Below, piece after piece: positions 24,931-38,557 of a stretch of DNA of 64,000 nucleotides (positions are counted from its first letter, which is position 1; each line of letters starts with the position of its first letter). The position numbers were made by a program, and so were the translations under genes. Source of the DNA: Octopus sinensis (lineage: Eukaryota); assembly GCF_006345805.1 (NCBI RefSeq), contig NC_043011.1, positions 20,348,464 to 20,412,463 on the forward strand, written 5' to 3'. Under the pieces are notes generated by a model that was given only the letters and a program-made list of their open reading frames with translations, had not been told where the DNA came from and made no database searches.

Positions 24931-25866
24931 ATATTTCATTTTTGTATTTTTGTTTTTAAATATCTGTTATCAAGGATTGCTTCTTTATATATATTTATCA
25001 ATTTATTTTTCGTTTAATTTAAATCAAATATGTAACACACATGTCAGACGTATAACGTCTTCGACACCTACCTTGCTTACATCCAACTTGTTTTATCCAT
25101 TCCATTCTCTCATATTTGTAACTCTAATCTATAATGTTTCTATTGTACGTGTGAAAGTGCCCTGGTTCCAATCAGGCACAGTCCAGTGAATTTTTCGAAA
25201 AGAGGGCACAAGGTCAGAAGGGAATATAATTCCAGGAGAAAAGGGCGTAATAATATTATTTAGATGGGCGCACTTATTTTCTTGGAGGGAGGGGCACGTG
25301 CACCTCATCTCCTTCCCCCGCCTTGGGTCCAGCCCTACAAATGACAAAAGATTTATGATAGGGGTAAATTTGAACACAGATAATTTTATATTCACATTTT
25401 ATATATTCAAGAAACATAACTCTTGAAAGATATGTATTAATAACCTCCCTTGATATTCGTTGTACCAATTCGAATTTTGATATCAACTTAGTAATATAAG
25501 ATAGAACGCCTATATAAAAGTTGAGGTGTATGAGTGTATGTAAGTATGTGTGTAAGTATGTGTGTGTGTGCATGCATCTATGTATGTATGAAGGTATGTA
25601 TGTGTGTGCGTGTTTGCATCTATGTATGTATGAATGTAAGTATGTGTGTGTGTGTGTATGCATGCTTGCATCTATATATTATGAATGTATGTGTGTATGC
25701 GTGTGTATGTGTGCAATATTGGAGTCGGTGCACATGACGATTTGTATGTTCTGTTTTATGTGTGTACTCTCGTGCATATATCTTCATGCCTAGATATGCG
25801 CATATAAACTTAAATGATAAACTTCTGGAAAGTTTTACATATTTTTACAGTTTCAGTGGTGGCTTG

Positions 25867-26297
25867 GACGGACGAAATACCTATTTATTTACTACCCACA
25901 AGGGGCTAATCACAGAGAGGACAAACAAGGACTGACAAATGGATTAGGTCGATTATATCGACCACAGTGCGTAACTGGTACTTAATTTATCGACTCCGAA
26001 AGGATGAAAGGCAAAGTCGACCTCGGCGGAATTTGAACTCAGAACGTAAAGACAGACGAAATACCTATTTCTTTACTAGCCACAAGGGGCTAAACACAGA
26101 GAGGACAAACAAGGACAGACAAATGGATTAAGTCGATTATATTGACCCCAGTGCGTAACTGGTACTTAATTTATCGACTCCGAAAGGATGAAAGGCAAAG
26201 TCGACCTCGGTGGAATTTGAACTCAGAACATAAAGACAAACGAAATACCGCTAAGCATTTCGCCCGTCGTGCTAACGATTCAGCCATCTCGCTGCCT
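25867..26297 (-). mobile_element. SINE family B tandem chain
   Basis: Two bodies joined at GACGAAATAC|CTATTTCTTTAC; one head at ~26250-26297. Confidence 0.88.
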
Positions 26298-26315
26298 TAA
26301 ATTTAATCCTAATAG

Positions 26316-26620
26316 GAGCACTCCGTCGGTTATGGCGACGAGGGTCCCAGCTGATATGATCAATCAAACAGCTTGCTCGTGAAATTAAAGTGCAAGTGGC
26401 TGAGCATTCCACAGACACGTGTACCCTTAACGTAGTTCGCAAGGCGATTCAGAGTGACACAGTGTGACAAGGCTGGCCCTTTTGAAATACAGGTACTACT
26501 CATTTTTACCAGCTGAGTGGACTGGAGCAATGTGAAATAAAGTGTTTTGCTCAAGGACACAACGCGTCGCTGGGAATCGAACTCACAACCTGAATGCCCT
26601 AACCACTAAGCCACGCGCCC
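26316..26620 (-). mobile_element. SINE family C (tRNA head, CCTTGAGCAAGACAC segment)
   Basis: Homologous to 36607-36923; head GGGCGCGTGGCTTAGTGGTTAGGGC..GTTCGATTCC. Confidence 0.88.
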
Positions 26621-26654
26621 ACACTATTTAATCCTACTATAAACTAGTGTTGAA

Positions 26655-27250
26655 TGCAGCGAGCTGGCAGAATCGTTAGCGCGCCGGGAAAAATGATTAG
26701 CAGCAATTCGTCCGTCTTTACGTTCTGAGTTCAAATTCCGCTGAGGTCGACTTTGCCTATCATCCTTTCGGAGTCGATAAATTAAGTACCAGTTACGCAC
26801 TGGGGTCGATATAATCGACTTAACCCATTTGTCTGTCCTTGTTTGTCCTCTCTGTGTTTAGCCCCTTGTGGGTAGTAAAGAAATAGGTATTTCGTCTGTC
26901 TTTACGTTCTGAGTTCAAATTCCGCCGAGGTCGACTTTGCCTTTCATCATTTCGAGATCGGTAAAATAAGTACCAGTTGAACACTGGGGTTGATGTAATT
27001 AATTTACTGTCTCCTCTGAAGTTGTTGACATTGTGCCAAAATTTGAAATCAATATTAACTGATAGTGAAGACAACGAGCTGGCAGAATCGTTAACATACC
27101 GGACAAAATGCTTAGCGGAATTTCTGAGTTCAAATTCCACCGAGGGCGAATTTGTCTTTTATCGCGGGTAAAAAAATTTGCATCCAGCTGAGTACTGGTA
27201 TCGATGTAATCAACTAGCGCCCTCACCCGAAATTCCGGGCTTTGTGTCTG
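26655..27250 (+). mobile_element. Cluster of SINE family B copies
   Basis: Repeated heads GAGCTGGCAGAATCGTTA and bodies. Confidence 0.8.
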
Positions 27251-27909
27251 AAAGAAATACTAACTAAGATTAACAGAAATGTGGCTCCCATACCTAAAAA
27301 TAGAGAAATCACTCACAAGTAATTACAACTCAATCAAGCGAGCAGATTGAGGGAATCCTAAGAGCGTTGGATAGTGTGCTTGGCGGTACTTATTTCAACA
27401 TTCTCCTATCGGGGTTCAAATCCTGCCGAAATCAAGTTTGCCTTTCATCCTTTCAGAATCGATAAAAAAATTCCAATCCACGGTAGTAAATTGGCAGGGT
27501 TGTTGGTGGGTAAGGAAATGTGCCTTTTGGGTATCTGCTCCAACTCTTTGAGTTCTAATAGCAATGCCTGTGACACTGGAGCCAAACTATATTGGCCTAA
27601 GTCAATGGTCTTGAGTTAAACATTGTTGACGTGAAGAGAGAGAATTAGTATGCGTGAGCATCAGCCAGTCTTCCTGAAAACAAAAATTCTTGTCCAGGCC
27701 TGAGGATGCATGGTCAAACATGACCGATGGAGGCCCCCATATAACGTTCACTAGAAGTAACCACAATCACCTTCATAAATCATCTAAATTCTCACACAAG
27801 AGTTTCTGTGTGACCACACAAGCCAACGATGGAGTCCTTTAAGTGGTCAGTTGACCTGCTGGAAATAAGAGCGAATTCTTCCTCAAATTACACTCTAACG
27901 TCTTAGAAG

Positions 27910-27983
27910 AATACACTGGGGTCGATCTAATCAACTATCCCTCTCCCAAAAAAAATCCAGGCCTTGTGCCTAAAGTAAAAAGG

Positions 27984-28039
<56 letters not shown>

Positions 28040-28330
28040 CAAGGCGGCAAGTTGGTAGAATCGTGAGCGCACCCCGCAAATTGCTTCGCAGGGTTTCGTC
28101 CGTCTTTACGTTTAAGGAGGCGAGCTGACAAAAATCGTTAGAACTCCAGGCAAAATGCTTAGCAGAATTTCGTCCGTCTTTATGTTCTGAGTTCAAATTT
28201 CGCCGAGGTCGACTTTGCCATTCCTCCTTTAGAAGTCGATAAAATAAGTACCGGTTAGACATTGGGATCGATGAAATTGGCTGACCCCTCCCCCTCAGTT
28301 GTTGGCCTTGTGACAAAACTTGAAATCGAT
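27910..28330. mobile_element. SINE family B pieces around an (ATT)n tail (27985-28038)
   Basis: GGCGGCAAGTTGGTAGAATCG and GGCGAGCTGACAAAAATCG heads; GTCGACTTTGCC body. Confidence 0.7.
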
Positions 28331-28367
28331 TTTTAACACTCAAATAATGACTTACTATAAACATAAT

Positions 28368-28559
28368 AGGTTCAGGTGTGGCTGGGTAGTAAGAAGCTTG
28401 CTTCCCAACTATGTAATCTAAGGTTCGGTCTCACGGTGCGTCACATTGGGCAAATGCTTTCTACCATAGCCTCAGGCCAACCAAATCCTTGTGAGTCGAT
28501 TTGGTAGATGGAAACTGAAAGAAACCCGTCGTACGTGTGTGAGTGAGAGAGAGAGAGAG

Positions 28560-28613
<54 letters not shown>

Positions 28614-28690
28614 TGCGCGCGTGTGTGTGTGTGCGTGTGTGTGTGTGTGCGTGTCCCACCATCATCGCTTGCAACCAGTGTTGTTGCTTT
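28368..28690 (+). mobile_element. SINE family A, 5' half with expanded (AG)n(GT)n
   Basis: Family A head and body up to CCCACCATCATCGCTTG. Confidence 0.75.
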
Positions 28691-29889
28691 TTTTTTTCGC
28701 TGCTTTCGCAGATTCCTATGACTAAGTCGCCATCCAATTCCATTAATATGAATTCAAATTGGGAACTTGAGTCATAGTGAATCTTTCATTTGCTGATAAC
28801 ACAATCATGGACACCACCCCTATGAATGCTTTGCAGTTACTCTTTTGATACAGCTGGGTTATCCTGACCGTAGATCTAGAATCCCTCTGCTCAACATCAA
28901 CGTAAGAAGCACCGTTGGCTCAGTTGAGCTCATCCATTACCTCTTTACTATCTGCTATGACTTCGTCGAATGACTTCGTCGAATCTCTAGTAGGGTGGCT
29001 GAATGGGTGCTTTGTCTTGCCAAAGCGAAGCTCGTAACTATGCAAAACACGGCCGTCACTCCCTGAGGCATTTTCATAATATACTCGTATATCCTTAACT
29101 TAGCAGTTCGACAAAGACAGATTGATAGAATAAGGTTTTTAAAATAAGAAGTAGGGCCAATTTGTACAACTAAATCCTTCAAGGCGGTTCCTTAGCATGG
29201 CTGCAGACCAAAGACTGAAACAAGTAATAGAAAAACGATAGAAGGTATCTATTCTTTTACCGACACTTAACACCAACCCATGTCCTAATAGTAAATTACC
29301 CGACCAAAGACACATTCCACGCGTGAGTGTGTGTCCGTGTGTGTGCGTGTGTCCGTGTGTGTGTGTGTGTGTGTGTGTCCGTGTGTGTGTGTATGTGTCC
29401 GTGTGTGTGTGTATGTGTCCGTGTGTGTGTGTAGGAGTGAAGTTCACAAAGTGGAATGGATTAGTTTTCACGTGAAGGAAAGAACCGATCAGATGATTTG
29501 GGTGAAGCCTTTCTTACAATGTGGGTCTCTATTCTAAACGTCAGATCCGTTTCATCATCTCCCCAGTAACATAATTTCTTCCACTTACCGAACTCTGTTA
29601 CCTCATCCTAATTGTGAACGCAGACTATCACGAGTTTCCTCGAATTCCACAAAAGATGCTGGGTACATGGGGAGTGCAATGACATATAGGGTCATATATG
29701 CGAATCATTGGTTAAAAATAGGTTCAGTCATTTCCGTACGCGCCAGAGTGAATAAGTGGGTGTCTGCACGCGCTTTCCTAAGTGAGCGTACGCGTGTGTA
29801 TGTCCGTGTGTTTGTGTGAAAAGAATCGCCAACATGTACATTCCGGAAATCTATCATTCACTCCTACTTTTCAAGAAGGGAAAACGCGA

Positions 29890-29902
29890 AACAGACAGAC
29901 AG

Positions 29903-29934
<32 letters not shown>

Positions 29935-29967
29935 CAACCTAACTGCTTACCTACATACATACATGCA

Positions 29968-30002
<35 letters not shown>

Positions 30003-30031
30003 GTGTGTGTATGTGTATATATGGATATATG

Positions 30032-30062
<31 letters not shown>

Positions 30063-30143
30063 ATGTATATACATATACATATATATGCATATATATATGT
30101 ATATATATATACATATATGTGGATATATATATGTATATATATG

Positions 30144-30174
<31 letters not shown>

Positions 30175-30350
30175 GCATATATATGTATATATATGTATAT
30201 ATGTATATATATGTATATATGTATATATATGTATATATATATAGTATATATATGTATATATATATATGTATGTGTATATAATGTATGTGTATATATATGT
30301 ATATATATATATGTGTGTGTATATATGTATATATATATATGTGTATTATG

Positions 30351-30399
<49 letters not shown>

Positions 30400-30625
30400 G
30401 AGTATATATGTATATATATATATGTGTGTGTGTACATATGTATGTATTTATATCTATATATGTATAAGAACATATATTATGTATGTATTTAAACTATAAT
30501 TAAAAAATATATGTCTGAGTGCATGCGCGTGGGTGGTTGTGTGTGTGTCTGTCTGTCTGTTTTAACTATAATTTCTACAGCGAAAGTGATGCCATTTATA
30601 GAGCTAACCACACTGCAACACATCC

Positions 30626-30704
<79 letters not shown>

Positions 30705-30840
30705 GTGCTCTCTCTCTCGCTTTCTCTCTCTCTCACTTTCTCTCTCTCTTGCTTTTTCTCTCTCGCTTTCTCTCTCTCTCTCTATCTCTCTCTACTCTCT
30801 GAGTAGTGTTGGTTTTCATGAAGCCTTGTCTCATATATAT

Positions 30841-30882
<42 letters not shown>

Positions 30883-31058
30883 TATATACATATACATATA
30901 TATACATATACATATATATACATGCATATACCTATAATATACATTTATATATACATATATATATATACATATACATATGCATATACATATATATCTATAT
31001 ATTACATATACATATATATACAATATATATACATATACATATATATATATATATATAT

Positions 31059-31137
<79 letters not shown>

Positions 31138-31145
31138 TATATATA
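29890..31145. repeat. Large compound microsatellite block: (AC)n, (CATA)n, (AT/GT)n, (CT)n, (AT)n
   Basis: Direct inspection. Confidence 0.95.
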
Positions 31146-31744
31146 ATATAAAATCTTCTAAAGATAAAACAATGCAGTTTTAAACTAAAAAAAGCGGCTC
31201 TAAAGTTTTACCTATTATTTCAGTAATTCGGGGTTAGGATCCTTTTCTCAGGACAAGGAAGTCAGCGATTAACAACTTTTCTCCAAACATATCTGGAAGA
31301 AGGGGGCCTAACTTTGAACTATTGAGATACCAGGTAAAACTAATAGCTGGTTTTAATTTTATAAATTGCATTGTTTTGACTTTACAAAATAGAATATAAT
31401 TAAAGCAGAGATATCTGACAATGCTTCATAAAATCTCGTATATTGCACATATTTTTTGTCGTTTACTTGCTTCAGTGATTAGGCCAGAGGTTCTCAGCCG
31501 GGATCTATGTGGTCACTGGGTGTCCATATAAGATTTTGGATGATCCATACAGCAAAATAAAAACATTGGGGATCCAGGACAGTATTTTAAGGGCCTCTGA
31601 AAGAATTTGGCTTCAGATGTATACATTGAGGTGTATTGCAAGAAACAGCCAGGCTTCTTTTTTGAAAGTCTTACATAGTTCAACCTACACAAGTTAATAT
31701 GTATAGGCGCAGGAGTGGCTGTGTGGTAAGTAGCTTGCTTACCT

Positions 31745-32190
31745 CATTGTTACCTCATTGCGCATGTGCGAATTAGAGTTGTGTTTGACACCGAAGATGT
31801 AAGACATGTTTTTGAAAGCCGTCTTAAATTGAAGACTTTTGAAACTCAGCCGTAAAGTAAGAATTTTGGGGGTCTAGTGGGGACCTGTTTTATGTCGCAA
31901 ATTATTTTTTCAAACAAGAAGTCCTCACTAGACTCTAGTCTGCCTGAGGCTGAGTGAAAATATTATTCACTTAATTGTGAAAATTATTGGTTTGGTGGGC
32001 CTATCGTGCCAAAAGTTTTGTTTGAAAATAGTGTTGTTCCTGCTAAGGAGTACCTAGAAGAAAATTGGAATGATTTTTTTAACTGTTTTACAATTGTGTT
32101 AAATTTTGGCCTGGAGTATCAAGTGGCCTTTGCTGTGTTTTGAACTGTTGCTCTCTCTTCTTCTATCTTTGATTAAAAAAAAAAACTTTA
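31745..32190 (+). pseudogene. Possible 3' end of an L1/Tx1-like LINE with poly(A)
   Basis: Decayed frame PHCIAHVRIRVVFD..RHVFESRLKL ending at ATTAAAAAAAAAAA near 32175-32186. Confidence 0.35.
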
Positions 32191-32318
32191 TTGAACTGTT
32201 AATTTTTTACTCTCTCCTTCCTTTTGTTTGGGCTTTTTTCGTCTTCCTTCTTTTTCTTTAATTATTCTATATTTTAACAACTGTATTTTTTGGATAAAAC
32301 ATGGCAAATAACAATGAA

Positions 32319-33079
32319 ATCATCATCATCATTGTTCGACCGTGGTCGAGACAATGAAATTTACTATGTTTCGCCAGACTTCACAGTCCATCATAGCATT
32401 ACGGAGGTCTTGTTTCTGGATGCCTGTATCCCTGGAGATTACATCAGGGTAGGAGATGGTGTGTGCCCTCTGGTATCGCGAGCAGATGGCTTCCAGAGGA
32501 GAAGAGTAGAAATGACCTCGTTTTCTGCTCTACAACAATGTCCAGCAAATTGGACTCTTCTACCTTTCACAAGAGTTGATACAGGTCGTAATTTCCCATA
32601 TATTTGTACTTTGGTTGGATGACGCTTCCACGAGATATTTTGAGCTCTCATAAGGAGGCCATCCAACTGCCTCTCAACCTTCTTTGATAACGTCCAGATT
32701 TCTGAGCCATATGGTAGAATTATCAGTCGCTCTTATCAGTGATTCTCTCTTCAATGCCCAGTCTCTTTCACAATTTCTTGAACAAGCCTCAAATCGTGTC
32801 GGTCTTTACCTCAATGAGTCCAAAATTGAATATGTAAACAAGTGCCTGTCCAACAGTGATTTCATCATCTATACTCTCAACAATACGCTCTTAAATATGG
32901 TTTCTGATTACAAATATCTTGGGTCATACATATCACCATCTGAAAAAGATTTTCTAACTAGAAAGGGTATGACCTGGTCAACCTGTAATGATATGCATAA
33001 GATCTGGTCATCAAATCTGAGTAGAGATTTCAAACTTAAAATCTTTAAAGCCACAGTCGAACCAATTCTACTATATGGC
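32319..33079 (-). mobile_element. RTE-like LINE 3' fragment with 5' inversion (twin-priming structure)
   Basis: Minus strand 32721-32319 encodes ILPYGSEIWTLSKKVERQLDG..RRVQFAGHC and ends in a (GAT)n tail. Plus strand 32722-33079 encodes the upstream RT part VALISDSL..GLYLNESK..YKYLGS..EPILLYG. Confidence 0.85.
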
Positions 33080-33129
33080 AACATTAAAAAGTTGGTGGAG
33101 TGGGAAATTACACTACCCAAAAATGGTTA

Positions 33130-33700
33130 AAAGAACTTGAAAGTAAGACGGTGGTTTTTTAGGACCTACTCTAGGACCCTCGACGCCATTGCCGTTTTCA
33201 AAAAGAATATAAATCGAAAGAGAGCTGGCAGAATTTAAGCCAGCGATTAAGTTTATTACTCGTGGGGTCAAATACGCAATCGTGTGGTTGCTGTTTGACT
33301 CCCCAGAAGTGGCCTGTGAATTTGCAAGTCAGCCCCTGGAGGGTAATGAAATTTTGTTTCTTCCTACTTATTGTGGGAAGAGTTTGACAAGGGCTTGGGT
33401 TTGCAGCTGGCTACCCGGAGTTGAGCCCCAGTGGATAGGAGATACTATCCGCCGGGGTCTGGGTGGCAGTAGCACCAAGCTCCTCAGCGTAAATAATCTG
33501 ACTGGGAGGGGTCAAAAGCTGTTTTGTCCCTATGGACCCAGTCAGCCGAAAGTCTGCTATTTCCAAACTTTGAGAATGGCCGGGTCTAAGTATCCGGTGA
33601 TTCTTGAGGTACGCTCCCCACCCCAAAGTGTCATCGGTGATTGAAGTCTGGCCATATAAAAAAAGAACTGTTCTCAAGGGCAAAGCAAAGTTCCGGAGCG
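33130..33700 (+). pseudogene. Decayed LINE ORF1 (gag-like) with a degenerate CCHC zinc knuckle
   Basis: Long frame ..VWLLFDSPEVACEFASQPL..YPVILE, then after a frameshift C-H-R-*-LKSGHIKKE-L, a decayed CX2CX4HX4C. Confidence 0.5.
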
Positions 33701-33837
33701 GTTGACGAAGGCCTCTGTAGAAGAAGGAATGAAGGCAGCCGAAGAGACGGAGGACTCCTCAAAGAAGAGCCATTCACAAGGCTTTGGTCGGTCCGAGGTT
33801 ATAGTAGAAGGCACTTTCCCAAGATGCCATGCGGTGA

Positions 33838-34555
33838 GAGGGTGGGCTGAATAGTTCATAGGCTGACTATGAAGGAGTGATGCTGGAGAGGTGAAATCTT
33901 CCGTGCATTAATTTCAAATCTTTTTATTGATGACTACATTGTTTCTTTCCAGGCAAACTGATATCTGACTGTTCAAAGAGACTTCAAAAGTAACTAGTAG
34001 CAACTGCTCTTGAAAATGGACAAAATTTGTCATCGTGGTACTATCGAGTACCTGCACAAAAGAGCTTTAGCTCCCAAAGACATTCATACTGACATGGTTT
34101 CTAAATCAGGGGATGACATTCCAGGTTTAACAACAGTGCAAAAGGGAGCAGCTGAATTTACGAGGGAAACGGAGGGTTTTGATGGTGACCCGGGGCCTGG
34201 ACGTCCTGCAACGGTCATCACCGAGGAAAACATTGATCACAACATAGTGATGGATGACAGGCGATTGACTACAAATCAAATAGCCAATGCTATTAGCATA
34301 TCTCGTGTGAAAGTTGATAATATTCTGCACAATGAACTTGATATGACAACGGTTTCTGCTAGGTAGGTGCCATGGCTTCTGATACCTGGTCAAGCGCACA
34401 CCAGGCTGATTACAACCTGGTAAAATCTGATATTGTTTGAGGCAGATCCAGCTGGTTTCCTTGATTGTTTCCTAACCCAGGATGGGTGCTGGGTTCATGA
34501 CTTTGAGCCAGAGACAAAGAGACAATCCATTCAGTGGAAACACCCCTAATCACAG
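33838..34555 (+). mobile_element. 5' half of a mariner element (TIR-like start, HTH, WVP motif)
   Basis: GAGGGTGGGCTGAATAGTTC start; MDKICHRGTIEYLHK..PGRPATV..DDRRLT..VSAR*VPWLL..LTQDGCWVHDFEPETKRQSIQWKHP. Confidence 0.85.
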
Positions 34556-35864
34556 GATCCATGTGTGCGTGAGGGAGGGGGGAGTGAGAATGAGTGAGTG
34601 AGTGAAGGTATGTGTTGTCATGTATGTATTTTTTGCATGTATGTGTAAGTGGCACTCACTCTCTCTCTCTTTCTCTTTCTCAGACTCACACACACACACA
34701 TTATATTTCATATACACGTACATAAGTACATATACATACATCATTTTTGTATGTATGTATGTGTTCGGGTGCGTGTGAGAGAGAGAGAGTAAGTGAGTGA
34801 CTCTATTTCCTCATAACATATAGAGAAATGGATGTCTTGATTATTTTTTTTTATTTTTTTTTTTTTGGTTGTGGCGTATTTTAATACAATATTCATGTGA
34901 ATAGTTTCATAAATATGTCTGAGTAGAATTCTCCGCATGCGTGAAACATCGGACGAAAGTGAAACATTAGAAGCAAAATGAAACATTGCCCGAAAATGAC
35001 TTCAAAATTGTGCGACCCGACCTCATTTCCCAGGTTATTTTATTTATCTGGTAGCCTTGATATAGATAGATGATAAGCAGCTTTCTTTATTACAGTACAG
35101 ATGTGACTATTTCGGAGAAACATTACTTTCATTATTCTCACATTGTCACTCACGTAATGCATCACTTTGTAATTTTGGTTCAAATTAAAAGTGTAAAACT
35201 ATGTTCACTTTCTAATGAAACTTGCTCATTGTAGAGCAGCGTCTTTCAAATGACTATAGTTGGTTGTTAAGATAATGTAGAAAATATGTAAATGAAAATT
35301 AAGTTTATTTGATAGCTGAAAGATTACTGAATCTTTTGATACTCCATACGTCAAAATCGACAACTCAGTTTTCGACTGCATAAGGAACATACATACACAC
35401 ACATATTCATATATTGATATGTACGTCTCAGTATTGTGAGTGTATATGTGTATGCGTATGTATGTTTTTTTTTTTAATTTTTAGTTTCGCTTACAGAATT
35501 TGAAAGTATACTTGCATTAAATCTTGGCAGCTGGTGTGCAGGCAAGACAAACTATCAGTAGTAATACTCAGGCGCTAGCTTAAGGACTTCCGATATCCTA
35601 TATTTAAATAGAGAGAGAGACACACAGAAAGAGGGGAAGGGAGAGGGGGATGCATCCATGCACGTACTTATGATGGGCGTTAATCCGTGACCATCAAGAA
35701 CAGCAACGATAAAAGCAATTGCGTGGACGATCGGGAAATTTGTGACAGCTGCCGCCTACGTTAGATGAGCAATTGTGAAATCTAGTGAAGTGGCTACACA
35801 CGCACACGCATACACACATACATACCCATACACACATATGTGTGTGTATACGTGTATGCGTGTA

Positions 35865-35904
<40 letters not shown>

Positions 35905-36054
35905 CACGATGGGCTTCTTTCAGTTTCAGTCTATCAAATCCACTCACAAAGCTTTGATCGGACCGAGGCTTAGAAGACATTTGCCCAAGGTGACACGCAG
36001 TGGGACTAAAACCGGAACCATGTTGGGAAGCAATCTTCTTGCCATACACCCACC

Positions 36055-36100
<46 letters not shown>

Positions 36101-36289
36101 CAGTCGCCGTGATAGATCGGTAGCCACTACACACATTTTTTTTCTCTCCTTGTTTCTTTCTGTGTTCCTTTCTGTGGAAGAGTGAAGGCTCGAAACGTAA
36201 AAGACGTTTTCAATTCCCGAGCGTTATACTAATACATCTATTTGTTTTCTACGCAACCTGTCTTCGTCTTTTTTTTTTTCGTGAATTCT

Positions 36290-36294
<5 letters not shown>
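36101..36294 (+). mobile_element. Family F short element between two (AT)n runs; hammerhead-like motif at 36168-36203
   Basis: CTTT-CTGTGGA-A-GAGT(GAAG)GCTC-GAA-ACGT-A-AAAG. Confidence 0.75.
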
Positions 36295-36374
<80 letters not shown>

Positions 36375-36606
36375 TTCAATCTTTTATTTGTTTCGATCAT
36401 TTGATTGCGGTCATGCTGCGGTCTGAGATTTTCAGAAATTGACCGGCTGATTAGTCTGTAAGTGGAACTGTAAAAATATGCAAGACTTTTCTCCAAATAT
36501 GAATTTGTCTGTGTTAACTACATTCCAAAGATGGAGCCTTGTATCTTTGTTGGAAGATTTATAATAAAAATAAAATAGAACATACATACATACTTACATA
36601 CTTAAA

Positions 36607-36923
36607 GACTCCGCCGGTTACGACGACGAGGGTCCCAGCTGATATGATCAACGGAACAGCCTGCTCGTGAAATTAACGTGCAAATGGCTGAGCATTCCAC
36701 AGACACGTATACCCTTAACGTAGTTCTCGGGGATAATCAGCGTGACACAGAGAGTGACAAGGCTGACCCTTTGAAATACAAGTACAACTCATTTTTGCCA
36801 GCTGAGTGGACTGGAGCAACGTGAAATAAAGTGTCTTGCTCAAGGACACAACGCGTCGCCGGGAATCGAACTCACAACCTTACGATCATGAGCCGAATGC
36901 CCTAACCACTAAGCCACGCGCCC
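36607..36923 (-). mobile_element. SINE family C, full length
   Basis: tRNA head at the 36923 end; tail ...CCCTCGTCGTCGTAACCGGCGGAGTC. Confidence 0.9.
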
Positions 36924-36967
36924 TCACACTTACATACTACATACATACGTACTACGTACATAAGTAT

Positions 36968-37210
36968 ACAGGTGTAGAAATCAACTTCCTAGCGGATGTT
37001 AACATAAAGCTAAAGATCAGCGATAGAGAAATACCTACGCTGAACTGTTTAGGAATCTACAGCAACTCTATCCAGATTACAAGTTCAGGTTTATACCTGT
37101 AATTACTGGAATATGTAACACAGGATAAATACCAATCTTGAGAAATAAATCTTCTCAAAACCAGAAAGGAGAAAGCTCATTCGAAGCCTGCAGAACCAAG
37201 CCATTATTTA
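36968..37210 (+). pseudogene. R4/Dong-like LINE C-terminal restriction-like endonuclease fragment
   Basis: VEINFLADVNIKLKIS..LYPDYKFRF..; homologous to 56312-56596. Confidence 0.55.
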
Positions 37211-37387
37211 AGTATATATACATGCATGAGAATACATACATAAAACAAAACATACAATTCTGTACATATACATGTTTACAAAAATACCCTGTTGAAATTC
37301 CAATGAAAGAGCTTTGGATCTAGATTAGAAATCGGCTCTTTCTCTATAAGTAAGAAATCTTGAAATAAAACTGAATAATGACATACA

Positions 37388-37388
37388 T

Positions 37389-37438
<50 letters not shown>

Positions 37439-37455
37439 TGATAGATAGATAGATT

Positions 37456-37552
<97 letters not shown>

Positions 37553-37610
37553 GCAGAGAGGCACAGAGAGAAAGAGAGAGACTGAGAGAGAGAAAGAGAG
37601 AGAGAGAGAA
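37388..37610. repeat. (GATA)n plus (GA)n microsatellite
   Basis: Direct inspection. Confidence 0.95.
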
Positions 37611-38359
37611 AGCAGACGCATGGGACACGTTTCATCTTTTGTTGTTGATGATGCTGCTGCTCTTACTGTTGCCCCTTCTGCTGTTCCTTCTGTTACTATT
37701 GATGTTGTTGCTGTTATCGTCGTCATCGTTGGTGGTAGTGTTATAACCATCTGTTTCGGCGACATAAATACAGATGATGACACGGCTTAAAACATCAAGT
37801 GTAATTGACGTAACAGGAAGGACCTCCTTAAAATTTATCAGGAAGAAGTCGTTGTTACTTAGCACCAGATCGGCCCTTATTGTGCAATCATCAAAGGCAT
37901 TCCAGTTTGGCCATCCGGGTTTGTGTGTGTGTGTGTCGAATAAAGAAGAATATATATATTTAATTGTTAACTAAGAACACAGATGCGGATTGAGGGAAAG
38001 AAAGAAAATGTTGTAATTTCAGGTTTATTTTTCCCATGCCAGAATAAAAAAAGACAAAAAAAAACAGGAACAGAAAAAAACAAAGGCCATATATTCCTCT
38101 AGTGGTTTGAGTGACCTTCGTCATTCAAAAAATATGGCGTAAATTAACTCCTCCCCATTCATTCATCCACCCCCTCTCTCTTTCCCTCTCTCTTTCTCTT
38201 AAGTTGTTTGCTATAAAGGACAAATACGTCCCAAGCGTCAATTATTTCTCTGTCATTCATTCAACACCAGATACAAACCTATATCCTGGTATTTGCTGCT
38301 TATGTTATAATATATTGGAAAACATATGTGTGTGTTTAAGTATACACACAAATACACAC

Positions 38360-38557
<198 letters not shown>

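Noticed and set aside
31290-31332. Degenerate hammerhead-like TATCT-GGAAGA..GAAC..AGATA
   Set aside because: Several core positions are wrong; could be a decayed copy but is not supportable.
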